A stretch of 30,562 bases of DNA from Oculatellaceae cyanobacterium bins.114 (GCA_033764315.1 JANRJA010000020.1:1-30562), one strand, 5' to 3'; shown: positions 18,899-30,042, counted from the first letter of the stretch. Program-made: numbers and translations. The notes: generated from the sequence alone by a model not told the origin.

Positions 18899-18959
18899 GG
18901 TTAAATTCTAATAGAGACTGATTGGCTACAAAGTTGTTCTATCCTTGTGTATTTTCTTT

Positions 18960-18975
18960 TTAACGTCAACGTAAA
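18960..18975 (+). promoter_or_regulatory. Third copy of the operator motif, overlapping an RBS
   Basis: TTAACGTCAACGTAAA overlapping AAGGAG (18974-18979), with ATG at 18989. Confidence 0.55.
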
Positions 18976-19294
18976 GGAGCTATAAGCCATGAATTCTCCT
19001 CAGTTGGGCTTTACAACCCATCGCTGTTGAGACAGCCTAACCAGCATCCTTGCTTCTATCTTCAGACACGGTCTATTCCGATCGCTATCAACGAGGCACT
19101 CACTATGAATGGGAGCCGCTGCCCTAGAAACCTGAACACCTGGTTATAGAGCAATGGTTAATGGTCATGAAGTCATGCCTGACAACATTCTTGCTGCTTT
19201 ATCTGAGACGAAGCAACACTTCTACTCCATTCCCAGACAAAGCCTAAGACACAAAGCAACAAATCCCTGATTCACGTTTTAAGGAAACTGAACC

Positions 19295-20287
<993 letters not shown>

Positions 20288-20300
20288 CCAAAGATCACCT

Positions 20301-20591
20301 ATGCCGATGTGCTGTTTTTTGGACGTTCCCAAAACCACTGATTTAGAAACGATGAAAGGCTGTTACAACCAAAACCTTGCCTCTGCTGAGTCGGCAGACT
20401 TCTTACTCTCATCTAGACCAGCTTTGATGGGTCTTGAGGGCAATACAAAACGGGGCAATCGTAGAACTCTCGCAACGCTTTTGGTTCAACTTGAGGAAAC
20501 CGAAGAGCAGATCGAAATTTTGCAACGGTTTCAATCAGACTTAATCAAAGAAATTACGAGGATTCGGCAACAGTTGCCCAAAGGCTTCTGA
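20301..20591 (+). CDS. HTH-less MerR paralogue (C-terminal coiled coil only); small protein or pseudogene
   Basis: 41-aa ungapped match to the C-terminus of the MerR at 18475 with 16 identities; no HTH. Confidence 0.6.
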   Translation: MPMCCFLDVPKTTDLETMKGCYNQNLASAESADFLLSSRPALMGLEGNTKRGNRRTLATLLVQLEETEEQIEILQRFQSDLIKEITRIRQQLPKGF

Positions 20592-20661
20592 AGGTGGCTC
20601 AACAATCATTGCCAGATTGTCAGTTGTGATAAAAACTAGTCACTAATCAACGGTCATTCCC

Positions 20662-21372
20662 ATGAAAGTATTCATTGTTCATGCTCATGCAGAGCCACAA
20701 AGTTTCAATGGCTCATTGACTCGCCATGCCAAAACTGTTTTAGAAGCGACAGGACACCAGGTTATTATTTCTGATTTATATGCGATGGGCTTTGATCCCG
20801 TGAGTGATCGCCGCAACTTTACCTCTGTCAAAAACGAGACCTATCTAAAACAACAAGCAGAGGAGTTGTATGCCACTGAGATCAACGGCTTTGCCCCTGA
20901 TATTCAAGCAGAACAAGACAAGCTGGATTGGTGTGATGTTTTGATTTTTCAGTTTCCCATTTGGTGGTTTGGGCTACCAGGCATTCTCAAAGGGTGGGTC
21001 GATCGCGTTTTTGCAATGGGACGCATCTATGGCGGTGGTAGATGGTATGACAACGGCGTCTTTCAAGGCAAGCGAGCCATGCTCTCTTTAACTACCGGAG
21101 GAGGTCCAAGCATCTTTGGTGAGACGGGTTTAAACGGTGATATTCACGCCATTCTCTATCCCATTAATCACGGCATTTTTCGCTTTGTTGGGTTTGATGT
21201 GTTACCCCCATTTATTGCCTGGTCGGTTAGTCGGGTCGATGACGACACCCGCCAAAAATATTTGGAGTCTTATGCCGAAAGACTGCTGACAATTCCTGAT
21301 ATAGAGACAATCGCCTATCCCTCTCTGGCTGATTACGACGAAAACTTTCAACTAAAGCCAGGATCAAAATAA
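20662..21372 (+). CDS. NAD(P)H-dependent quinone oxidoreductase (flavodoxin-2 fold)
   Basis: IVHAHAEPQSFN; SDLYAMGFDP; FQFPIWWFGLPGILKGWVDRVF; SLTTGG. Confidence 0.94.
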   Translation: MKVFIVHAHAEPQSFNGSLTRHAKTVLEATGHQVIISDLYAMGFDPVSDRRNFTSVKNETYLKQQAEELYATEINGFAPDIQAEQDKLDWCDVLIFQFPIWWFGLPGILKGWVDRVFAMGRIYGGGRWYDNGVFQGKRAMLSLTTGGGPSIFGETGLNGDIHAILYPINHGIFRFVGFDVLPPFIAWSVSRVDDDTRQKYLESYAERLLTIPDIETIAYPSLADYDENFQLKPGSK

Positions 21373-21456
21373 CCGCCCACCTTCTTTGCCTCTGGAGATC
21401 AAACCCTTCGTTTGTAACTCAGCTCCTAATGCATCTCAATCAAAAGGAATAGAACT

Positions 21457-22218
21457 ATGGCTGATATACGCTCTGGCAAACTGACCGACAAAGTGGCGAT
21501 TGTGACTGGAGCCTCTTCAGGAATTGGGGAAGCCACCGCTTTGGCTCTCGCCGCTGAAGGAGCAACCGTGGCGATCGCCGCTCGTCGAAGCGATCGATTA
21601 GAGGTCTTGGCACGTCGCATTACAGACATGAAAGGCCAGGTGCTGAGCATTACCGCCGATATTGCCGATGAAGCGCAGGTCAACAACATGGTGCGACAGA
21701 CCCACGCCAAATTTGGCAGAGTCGATATCCTCGTTAACAATGCGGGTGTCATGCTGTTAGGTCCGATTGATGGCGCAAACACGGAAGACTGGCGGCGCAT
21801 GATTAACCTCAATGTATTGGGTTTGATGTATGCCACCCATGCCGTATTGCCATTGATGAAAACTCAAGGAATTGGGCATATTGTCAACATTTCCTCGGTG
21901 GCAGGTCGCGTCGCCAATGCCAATACAGGTGTTTACAACGCGAGCAAATGGGCGGTGGGAGCCTTTTCTGAATCGCTGCGTAAAGAGGTTTACCAGAACA
22001 ACATTCGCGTCACGATTATCGAACCGGGCTTGGTCGCTACTGAACTGCCTCAGCACATCACTAACACCACTGCCAAAGAAAACGCGATGGGGTTTTATGG
22101 TTCCCTCAAAAATCTGGAGAGCGAAGATATTGCAGCGGCGATCGTCTATGCCGTGACTCAACCTCCCCACGTTAATGTGAATGAAATTTTGATTCGTCCG
22201 ACTGAACAAGAAAGATAA
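21457..22218 (+). CDS. SDR family NAD(P)-dependent oxidoreductase
   Basis: TGASSGIG; ARR; LVNNAG; NISSVAG; YNASK. Confidence 0.96.
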   Translation: MADIRSGKLTDKVAIVTGASSGIGEATALALAAEGATVAIAARRSDRLEVLARRITDMKGQVLSITADIADEAQVNNMVRQTHAKFGRVDILVNNAGVMLLGPIDGANTEDWRRMINLNVLGLMYATHAVLPLMKTQGIGHIVNISSVAGRVANANTGVYNASKWAVGAFSESLRKEVYQNNIRVTIIEPGLVATELPQHITNTTAKENAMGFYGSLKNLESEDIAAAIVYAVTQPPHVNVNEILIRPTEQER

Positions 22219-22239
22219 CGATCACTCAGGAGAAAAACT

Positions 22240-23220
<981 letters not shown>

Positions 23221-23225
23221 TGCTG

Positions 23226-23285
23226 AAAGGATAAAGGCTGAAACACGGCTTGATTCTAGCCTTCATCGTTCAGCCTTTATCCTTT
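23226..23285. terminator. Probable bidirectional terminator between convergent AKR and nadK
   Basis: Perfect 17-bp inverted repeat AAAGGATAAAGGCTGAA / TTCAGCCTTTATCCTTT, built from heptamer-like units. Confidence 0.75.
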
Positions 23286-23287
23286 TC

Positions 23288-23322
23288 TTAGGGCAACTCC
23301 ACTTTGTTACGGCAACTCCACT
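23288..23322 (-). repeat. Tandem duplication of the nadK 3' end (VELP-stop twice)
   Basis: TTAGGGCAACTCCACT (23288-23303) and TTACGGCAACTCCACT (23307-23322), 15/16 identical. Confidence 0.8.
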
Positions 23323-24224
23323 GAAGCAGGTTTTGCCACGTGGGGCAGCCCCCAGCCCAGTTTTTCTCTAAGAACATGGAAAAATTCAGGCGATCGCAAG
23401 CGGATAAACCGAGCAACATAGGGCGATCGCTGCACCCGCACCCGATCTTCTGGCAATACATAACAGCCGCCGTTGCCATCCACCACCATGACCAGGCGAG
23501 TGGGGTTAGCAGGAAAGATCGTCACAGGTTCACTATCCGCAAAGACCAGAGCACGAGATGCCAGGGAATGGGGACAAATTGGCACCAATTGCATCACAGG
23601 CACCCCTGGTGTCACCACCGGCCCTCCCGCTGAGAGAGAATAGGCGGTCGATCCTGTTGGGGTAGAAATAATCACTCCATCTGCTGCAATATCAACCGGG
23701 GCATGCTTGCCAATCTCAATCTCAAAGTGGCACATACTGGTTAACGGCTCTCGATGCAGCACCATTTCGTTGAGGCACAATGCTTCCCACAGGGTGATGT
23801 CCTCCCGAATTAGTTGCACCGCCAGCATTGCCCGCTCTTCGATCTCATAGTTGCCCACTAAAAGAGGTTCGATCGCCTGCGACAACTGATTCAGATAAAC
23901 CTCGGTTAAAAACCCCATATGCCCCGTATTAACGGTTAATAGAGGGATGCCACAAGGAGCAACCTGGCGAAATGCTGACAGAACAGTACCATCACCACCT
24001 AACACAATGGCAAATTGAGTCTCTTCATCAAACCCAGGAGGCGCAAGGTTATCGATCGGCGTATGACAAATGGGGCGATCGGGTTGGGAATAACCTAAAA
24101 TCCCACCGATTCCTGTTGCCATTACCACATCCCAACCAAGCGAAGTCAGCTTGTCTCTCAATTCCTCAGCAACACGACAAGCAACGGGCTTTAAATCATT
24201 GTAAATAATCCCAGCTTTGGGCAC
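23307..24224 (-). CDS. nadK: NAD(+) kinase
   Basis: [51 protein letters not shown] start. Confidence 0.96.
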   Translation of the reverse strand: MPKAGIIYNDLKPVACRVAEELRDKLTSLGWDVVMATGIGGILGYSQPDRPICHTPIDNLAPPGFDEETQFAIVLGGDGTVLSAFRQVAPCGIPLLTVNTGHMGFLTEVYLNQLSQAIEPLLVGNYEIEERAMLAVQLIREDITLWEALCLNEMVLHREPLTSMCHFEIEIGKHAPVDIAADGVIISTPTGSTAYSLSAGGPVVTPGVPVMQLVPICPHSLASRALVFADSEPVTIFPANPTRLVMVVDGNGGCYVLPEDRVRVQRSPYVARFIRLRSPEFFHVLREKLGWGLPHVAKPASVELP

Positions 24225-24707
24225 ACTCAGCGTCCACTACAGGTGTCAAACAACAGTAAGGCAAAATTTGCCTTGCTTAGCCAAATAAGCGATGACGAAA
24301 ATCATCCCTCTTTAATACATTAGAGCCTTCGACTCTGGTTTCAACATTTTTAAGCATCTAACTCGATCGCTTAGCAACGAATTGAGTCAAAACTATTAAA
24401 AATAAAGGGCGTTTGTGCATCTTTGCATGTTAATTGTTCTGTACTCCCTTTACAAGCAGATAGAGTGTCAGAAGTCGGTGTTACGATAGCGAGTGATGCT
24501 GCAATAGTGTTTGAAAAACTTGATAGAGCAAGGCTTTTAAACCGCAACTCTATTCTCTAGAAGTAAGCCTTGTTACATTTGGTTCGCTTATAGAATAGTT
24601 TAAAAAAAGTAAAGAAAATTATTTTTACTTTTCTAATTTATGTTTTTTGTTGCTGTTTTCTTCATGTTTTGTTACAACTGATGAAGATCCGTCATTATAA
24701 GTGACTC

Positions 24708-25502
24708 ATGTTTGGTGGTTTGACTGGCTCAAAAAGTAGTTCTAGCACAGACTTCGGTGAGCGTATGCTAAATGCCGTCGCTAGTCAATCAATTCGCCAC
24801 CTTTTCACCCAAAGTGACACTGTGGATGTTGAGATTCGCTGTAACCCCTCTAGCAAGCTGCTGCAAGGCAGTGTTGACAGTTTTAGAATGTGGGGTCGAA
24901 ATTTGATCATCCGTCAAGACTTCTTGGTGGAAGAGATGTCCTTTGAGACAGACGCCGTCTCAATTGATCCCAGCTCTATCCTCGGTGGAAAAATTCGGCT
25001 CAAGCAGCCCACGCAGGCGGTTGCTCAAGTCGTTTTAACTGAAGCCGCCATTAATCGAGCCTTTACCGCAGAATTGGTCAAAAAACGCCTGGTAAATGTT
25101 GATTTGGAAGCCGTCACAAACCTATCGGGCGGTGAGCCTATCTCGTTTAGAGATGTGCATGTTCAACTGCGACCCAACAACCAGATCAAATTAATGGCAA
25201 AAACTGATTTGCCTAATTGCAATGATGTCCCCCTGAGCTTATCTGCCACGCTCGCTGTTGAAAAGCGACGTCGAATCTCCTTTAAAGACCCGATGTTTGA
25301 GCCAGATGACATTCCAAGCTCAATGGTTGGCTTGGCTGAAATTTTGAGTATGGCATTTGCTCAAATTCTCGATAATATGGTTGACTTGGATCGGTTTGAT
25401 CTCGATGGAGTCATGCTGAGAGTCAATCGGCTAGAAACCCACGGGAAAACGCTAGTCTTTAGTGGGTATGCTCAGATTGATCACTTTCCGGGCACCCGAT
25501 AA
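24708..25502 (+). CDS. DUF2993-like conserved cyanobacterial protein
   Basis: V.IRCNPSSKLLQGSVDSF...; QPTQAVAQVVLTEAAINRAF. Confidence 0.75.
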   Translation: MFGGLTGSKSSSSTDFGERMLNAVASQSIRHLFTQSDTVDVEIRCNPSSKLLQGSVDSFRMWGRNLIIRQDFLVEEMSFETDAVSIDPSSILGGKIRLKQPTQAVAQVVLTEAAINRAFTAELVKKRLVNVDLEAVTNLSGGEPISFRDVHVQLRPNNQIKLMAKTDLPNCNDVPLSLSATLAVEKRRRISFKDPMFEPDDIPSSMVGLAEILSMAFAQILDNMVDLDRFDLDGVMLRVNRLETHGKTLVFSGYAQIDHFPGTR

Positions 25503-25519
25503 CGTTTCGGTGCACATCC

Positions 25520-26173
25520 ATGTCCATCATCAACGTGTTTATTGCAGGTGGGATCGTCATGTTTCCCCTACTTGCACTCTCAATTCTAGCTATGGCTCTG
25601 ATTTTAGAGCGCATCTTTTTCTGGATTCAACTCACCCGTCGTCAAGACAAGGTCATCCGGGAAGCTCTAGCTCTCTATCGGCGCAGTGCAAAAGCGGCAT
25701 TTCAGTTTTTAGAAAGGAATGCGGATTTACCTTTGCCTCGAATTTTTTTGGCTGCTCTTGAATTAGAGCAAGCCAACCCAGAGGAATTTCGCATTGCTCT
25801 AGAGAGCGCAGCTCAGGCAGAGCTACCCTTGCTTAAGCGGTTTACCATTGTGTTTGATACGGTTACCAGTGTGGCTCCTCTGCTGGGACTGCTTGGAACC
25901 ATTCTGGGGTTGATTCAATCTTTTAGTTCGCTTGAACTTGGCAATTTGGGGGGCACTCAAACTACAGGAGTCACGGCTGGGATCAGTGAAGCGTTAATTT
26001 CGACTGCATCAGGCTTGATGGTGGCTATTTTTACACTATTGTTTGCCAATATGTTTCGTGGGTTATATCAACGCCAAGTTGCCCTGATCCAAGAATATGG
26101 AGGGCAGATAGAATTGCTCTATCGCCGCCGTTATGAGCAAAGTAGAGGATTCCCACCCTATGCGCCTTCCTGA
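25520..26173 (+). CDS. exbB: MotA/TolQ/ExbB proton channel protein
   Basis: GGIVMFPL; APLLGLLGTILGLI; GISEALISTASGL. Confidence 0.9.
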   Translation: MSIINVFIAGGIVMFPLLALSILAMALILERIFFWIQLTRRQDKVIREALALYRRSAKAAFQFLERNADLPLPRIFLAALELEQANPEEFRIALESAAQAELPLLKRFTIVFDTVTSVAPLLGLLGTILGLIQSFSSLELGNLGGTQTTGVTAGISEALISTASGLMVAIFTLLFANMFRGLYQRQVALIQEYGGQIELLYRRRYEQSRGFPPYAPS

Positions 26174-26561
26174 AGAACCAGACAATCCCCCTCAGATCAA
26201 CATCGTCCCTATGATTGATGTGATCTTTGCAATTTTGACGTTTTTCATTTTGTCAACCTTATTTTTGACGCGTTCAGAGGGGCTACCTGTTAATTTGCCT
26301 GGAGCGGTTAGTGCGGAGAGTCAAGCTCAAACTCAAATTGTTGTCACGATCGATCGCGATGGCAATGTGTCGCTAAATCAACAACCCATCTCAATTGATG
26401 CTTTAAATTCCCAAGTGCAACCGTTAATACAAGCCAATCCAGCCTCACTGGTGGTAATCAATGCTGACACTGATGTGACTCATGGGCGGGTTGTAGCGGT
26501 CATGGATCAATTACGTGAGATTCAAGGGATTCGGATGGCGATCGCTACGCAACGTCCTTAG
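26160..26561 (+). CDS. exbD: ExbD/TolR biopolymer transport protein
   Basis: INIVPMIDVIFAILTFF; LPVNLP; VINAD...HGRVVAVMD. ATG 26160 overlaps the end of exbB. Confidence 0.9.
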   Translation: MRLPEEPDNPPQINIVPMIDVIFAILTFFILSTLFLTRSEGLPVNLPGAVSAESQAQTQIVVTIDRDGNVSLNQQPISIDALNSQVQPLIQANPASLVVINADTDVTHGRVVAVMDQLREIQGIRMAIATQRP

Positions 26562-26683
26562 TACTGCTTTTCACAGATAGGGTTCGGAAATAAAACCAAG
26601 GGGGTGTGGGGGTTGCGCCCCCAGCCAGGGGTTTCACCCCTGCACCCCAAATTCCCACCCCTATTTACGACGAGTTGTCCTTA
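26559..26683. mobile_element. Degenerate MITE/REP-like element with nested GC-rich hairpins
   Basis: TA-flanked. ATAGGG/CCCTAT in the outer arms. Internal GGGGTG...CACCCC encloses GGGGG-TTGCG-CCCCC and AGGGGT-TTC-ACCCCT (about 26600-26648). Confidence 0.55.
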
Positions 26684-26778
26684 GTTAGTGCTGAATGCTG
26701 AGTCAAGAACTAATTAAGCGTCACAACCCATCTTATAAAGGAATCTTTTCAAGGGCATTTGAGGGTTAAAGCTTAAAT

Positions 26779-26797
26779 TCCAGTATTAAATACTGGA
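26779..26797. promoter_or_regulatory. Perfect 9-1-9 palindrome upstream of the porin (candidate operator)
   Basis: TCCAGTATT-A-AATACTGGA, about 75 bp before ATG 26873. Confidence 0.45.
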
Positions 26798-26872
26798 GGC
26801 CCTCTCTCGTTAACGACTAAAATAAGCCTGAGCAATTTGGCTCATCGGTTAGAGGTGAGGAGTGAAAAATAT

Positions 26873-28726
26873 ATGAAATTAGGTCAATTAGGATTGACTG
26901 CCCTAGTGGTGACGGTCGGAATCTTGATGCAGGCCATCGGTGCGATCGCAGATCCTGTCTCACCATCGAACCTTGAAAATAGCATCCCCCTCAGAGCAGA
27001 TGCTCAACTCCTTAATTCTCAAGACTCCTTATCGAGTGTGGCGCAACCCTCACTTAGCCCTCAACCTTTACTCGATACTCAACCCTTAGAACTTGACACG
27101 ATTTCTCAAGTCACCTCAGTGTCTCAACTCTCAGATGTGCAACCTACAGATTGGGCATATGAGGCATTGCGATCGCTTATCGAAACTTATGGTTGTGTCA
27201 GTGGCTATTCAAACGGCACTTATCAAGGGGGGCGATCGCTCACTCGCTATGAATTTGCAGCTGCGTTAAACACCTGTCTTGAGCAGGTTAATGAACGGGT
27301 CAATCAGGGGCTGGCAGACCAGTTTTCGACAGCAGATCTGGCTACTCTGCAACGCTTGCAGGAAGAGTTTACGGCTGAGTTGGCCACTGTGCGGGGGCGA
27401 GTAGAAGACCTGGAAAACAAAGTTGCTGAGCTAGAGGCAAATCAGTTTTCTACCACAACTCGCCTCACTGGACAAACGATCTTTGCTTTTAATGGGGGGT
27501 TTCAAGGAGGAATTGATGATCCTAACGTGGTTAATTTAAGTCGAGTTCGGTTAAATCTATCTACTAGCTTCACCGGGACAGATTTGCTGTTTACACAGTT
27601 AGAGACAGGTGTAGGAGGACTAAACGATGATGCCGCTGATTATCTCTTACGAGATGAAGGCGAGTTTCGAGAGGATCTGGTTGATGCAGGCAATGATGCG
27701 ACCGATCAAGTGCTCAATCAAATCGGTTTGAGCTTAGATGACTTTCCTCAGTTGCAACTAACCAATCAAGACAGCATTGAAGAGATCCGCGATACCTTTG
27801 CGGCTAATTTACAGGGCATCGCTTTAGCGGTAGGCTTACCCCCGTCTGATGCTCAAGAGGTATTTGACACGATCATTAATGCAGTCGAGATCAGTCAAGG
27901 GGTCAACGGATTTTTGCAAACCAACAGTGCGCTTGAGTATTCTGGAGTGAACAGTCGAGTTCGCTTAAATCGATTAAGTTACGAGTTTACACCGAATCCA
28001 GATTTGGCATTTGCTTTCTTTGCTCAGGGCTATGCCTCTGATTATGTCGATCTCAATCGTTACGCCAATGACAATGGTGACAATTTTTCAACCTATGGCT
28101 TTGTTAACAACCAGTTGTTGTTAGCTAATGACCCGCCGGGAGCAGGTGCAGCATTGCGTTGGAATCCGGCTGGAGAATTCTTGACCTTGCGGGCGGTTTA
28201 TCGGGCTGAACAAGCCGCGATCGCCACGGTTACTCCAACGGATGGCAATCAAGGTGGCTTGTTTGGCGATCCCTATTTGGGGGTGGTCGAGTTAGAGGTT
28301 GCAGTTTCAGATGATTTGGCGATCGCCCTGCAATATAGTGGAGGTGCTCAAGGAGACACGTCCTATGATGCGGTGGGGGCCAACGTGCAACTGAGCCTGG
28401 GTGGACAACTGGGAGTATTTGGACGATTTGGCTATGCCTTTAACTTTCCGGGTGGCATTGAGCCAACCGCCTGGTCGGCTGGGGTTACAATGTCTGATTT
28501 GTTTATTCCAGGAGCGGTAGGTGGGTTGGCGATCGGGCAACCCCTCGTTTTTCAAGAAGAAATTATCTTTTTTGATGCGACTCAAACCAACTACGAGCTA
28601 TTTTATAAACTCCCTATTAACGACAACATCAGTGTTACTCCAGTCGTGCAATTAATTACTAACCCAGGCAATCGCAGCGATGATGCGATCGTCACGGGCA
28701 CATTAAGAACCGTCTTTACGTTTTAA
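26873..28726 (+). CDS. SLH-domain outer-membrane porin (SomA/OprB-like, 'iron uptake porin' family)
   Basis: QVTSVSQLSDVQPTDWAYEALRSL...TRYEFAAAL; coiled coil LEANQFSTTT; ELFYK..INDNISVTP; C-terminal TLRTVFTF. Confidence 0.93.
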   Translation: MKLGQLGLTALVVTVGILMQAIGAIADPVSPSNLENSIPLRADAQLLNSQDSLSSVAQPSLSPQPLLDTQPLELDTISQVTSVSQLSDVQPTDWAYEALRSLIETYGCVSGYSNGTYQGGRSLTRYEFAAALNTCLEQVNERVNQGLADQFSTADLATLQRLQEEFTAELATVRGRVEDLENKVAELEANQFSTTTRLTGQTIFAFNGGFQGGIDDPNVVNLSRVRLNLSTSFTGTDLLFTQLETGVGGLNDDAADYLLRDEGEFREDLVDAGNDATDQVLNQIGLSLDDFPQLQLTNQDSIEEIRDTFAANLQGIALAVGLPPSDAQEVFDTIINAVEISQGVNGFLQTNSALEYSGVNSRVRLNRLSYEFTPNPDLAFAFFAQGYASDYVDLNRYANDNGDNFSTYGFVNNQLLLANDPPGAGAALRWNPAGEFLTLRAVYRAEQAAIATVTPTDGNQGGLFGDPYLGVVELEVAVSDDLAIALQYSGGAQGDTSYDAVGANVQLSLGGQLGVFGRFGYAFNFPGGIEPTAWSAGVTMSDLFIPGAVGGLAIGQPLVFQEEIIFFDATQTNYELFYKLPINDNISVTPVVQLITNPGNRSDDAIVTGTLRTVFTF

Positions 28727-28771
28727 ACGGGGTAGTCCTAAGAGGCTAGTGATCTGTAGTTATTGCGGTGG

Positions 28772-28808
28772 AAAAAATCTCCAATCTTTAAAGGGTTGGA
28801 GATTTTTT
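28772..28808 (+). terminator. Rho-independent terminator after the porin
   Basis: AAAAAATCTCCAA / TTGGAGATTTTTT, perfect 13-bp arms ending in a T-run. Confidence 0.8.
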
Positions 28809-28878
28809 AAGTGAGCATTATGAAGACAAAATTATGTTTTTCTTGCGATCGCTCTTCCAATGTGGGATATTTTTCTTG

Positions 28879-28914
28879 TTAACTACGATAAATCTATGTA
28901 TTTACCGTAGTTAA
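28879..28914. promoter_or_regulatory. Long 15-6-15 dyad upstream of the sulfurtransferase (candidate sulfur-regulon operator)
   Basis: TTAACTACGATAAAT-CTATGT-ATTTACCGTAGTTAA, 14/15 symmetric. Confidence 0.6.
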
Positions 28915-28989
28915 TGGCAACGATAGAAAATATTCGTGCAGTCCACATCAGAAGTGGATGACTGTTCGCTACTGTCATGGAGTTTTGGT

Positions 28990-29970
28990 ATGACATCTAG
29001 GATTCGAAAGGGTCGCTTGAAAAGATTTTGGATGGTGAAATCTTTGCGCTCAAAATTACTTGCTTTTGTTGTTTCCTTATTTTTGGCAGCGATCGCGATT
29101 CCACTGCTATCGTTTTTCCCATCGTTTGCTACTGAAACGCCCCCTGTTCAATTTGTGCAACCCGCATGGATTTCGCAAAACGCGAACGATCCAAAACTTC
29201 GCATTTTAGATGTAAGAATTAACCCCTTCGATTATTTTGGTGGTCATGTCCCCAATGCAGTTCACATTGCAGATAACACGTTTCGGGGACCAAACGGCTT
29301 ACTACCTGTACAGTATTGGCGTTCTGATAAGTTGCGATCGCTGTTTTCTCAAGCGGGTGTCAGCGATGACAGTAAAGTTCTTGTCTACTCCGATGGTCGG
29401 GATGTTCTCGGTGCAACAATGGTTGCTTACTTGCTTGAGCGTACCGGACACTCTAACGTGGCTATTTTAGATGGTGGCTTTGCAGGTTATAAAGCAGCCG
29501 GATTGCCCGTTAGCAAAGAGTTTCCGTCTTACTCTTTGGGTCGTTTTAGCGTGCGCGATCAGCCAAATTTACGGGTGAATTTAGCCCAAGTGAGACAACT
29601 GATTGGCAAACCTGGTGTCACCTTTATCGATCCTCGGCCTCCAGAACTGTTCTCAGGTCAGCAGCAGGTTTGGGCCCGCAATGGACACATTCCCGGTGCT
29701 AAAAACATTCCCTGGGTTTCCTTTACGGCTGGAGAATCTAATTTTCACCAGTTAAAGCCACTGGATGAAATTCGCCAAATCCTAGCAAGCCGTAATGTCA
29801 CACCAAACGATGACATTATCGTCACTTGCAGCACTGGACGAGAAGCGACTTTGCAGTACCACGTCTTGAAGCACCTGTTGGGATATCCTAAAGTTCGAGT
29901 TTACGAGGGATCATGGACAGAGTACTCATCTGATCCAAACTCACCTGTTGAAACAGGTCCCGGTGCTTAG
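28990..29970 (+). CDS. Exported two-domain rhodanese / sulfurtransferase (RhdA-like)
   Basis: Signal peptide; ILDVR; GHVPNAV; LDGG; GHIPGAKNIPW; active loop CSTGRE; VYEGSWTEY. Start 28990 or 29032. Confidence 0.92.
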   Translation: MTSRIRKGRLKRFWMVKSLRSKLLAFVVSLFLAAIAIPLLSFFPSFATETPPVQFVQPAWISQNANDPKLRILDVRINPFDYFGGHVPNAVHIADNTFRGPNGLLPVQYWRSDKLRSLFSQAGVSDDSKVLVYSDGRDVLGATMVAYLLERTGHSNVAILDGGFAGYKAAGLPVSKEFPSYSLGRFSVRDQPNLRVNLAQVRQLIGKPGVTFIDPRPPELFSGQQQVWARNGHIPGAKNIPWVSFTAGESNFHQLKPLDEIRQILASRNVTPNDDIIVTCSTGREATLQYHVLKHLLGYPKVRVYEGSWTEYSSDPNSPVETGPGA

Positions 29971-29998
29971 TACACTTTTTCTCAGTACGTTTTATTGA

Positions 29999-30042
29999 AA
30001 TGGTTTGAAAGGTGTATGACTAAAGACACTTTTCAAACCATT
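29999..30042. repeat. Intergenic inverted repeat after the sulfurtransferase
   Basis: AATGGTTTGAAAGGTGT / ACACTTTTCAAACCATT, 16/17 plus a G-U pair. Confidence 0.65.

Noticed and set aside
21426..22209. Antisense ORFs of 136 and 150 aa over the SDR gene
   Set aside because: Typical shadow ORFs opposite SDR genes, with no independent evidence.
24258..24274. 8-1-8 palindrome AAGGCAAA-A-TTTGCCTT upstream of nadK
   Set aside because: Short, single copy and could be chance; no regulator can be assigned.
25520..28726. A complete TonB-dependent iron-uptake system
   Set aside because: No tonB or TonB-dependent receptor in the window, no convincing Fur box, and a repeat element separates exbD from the porin.
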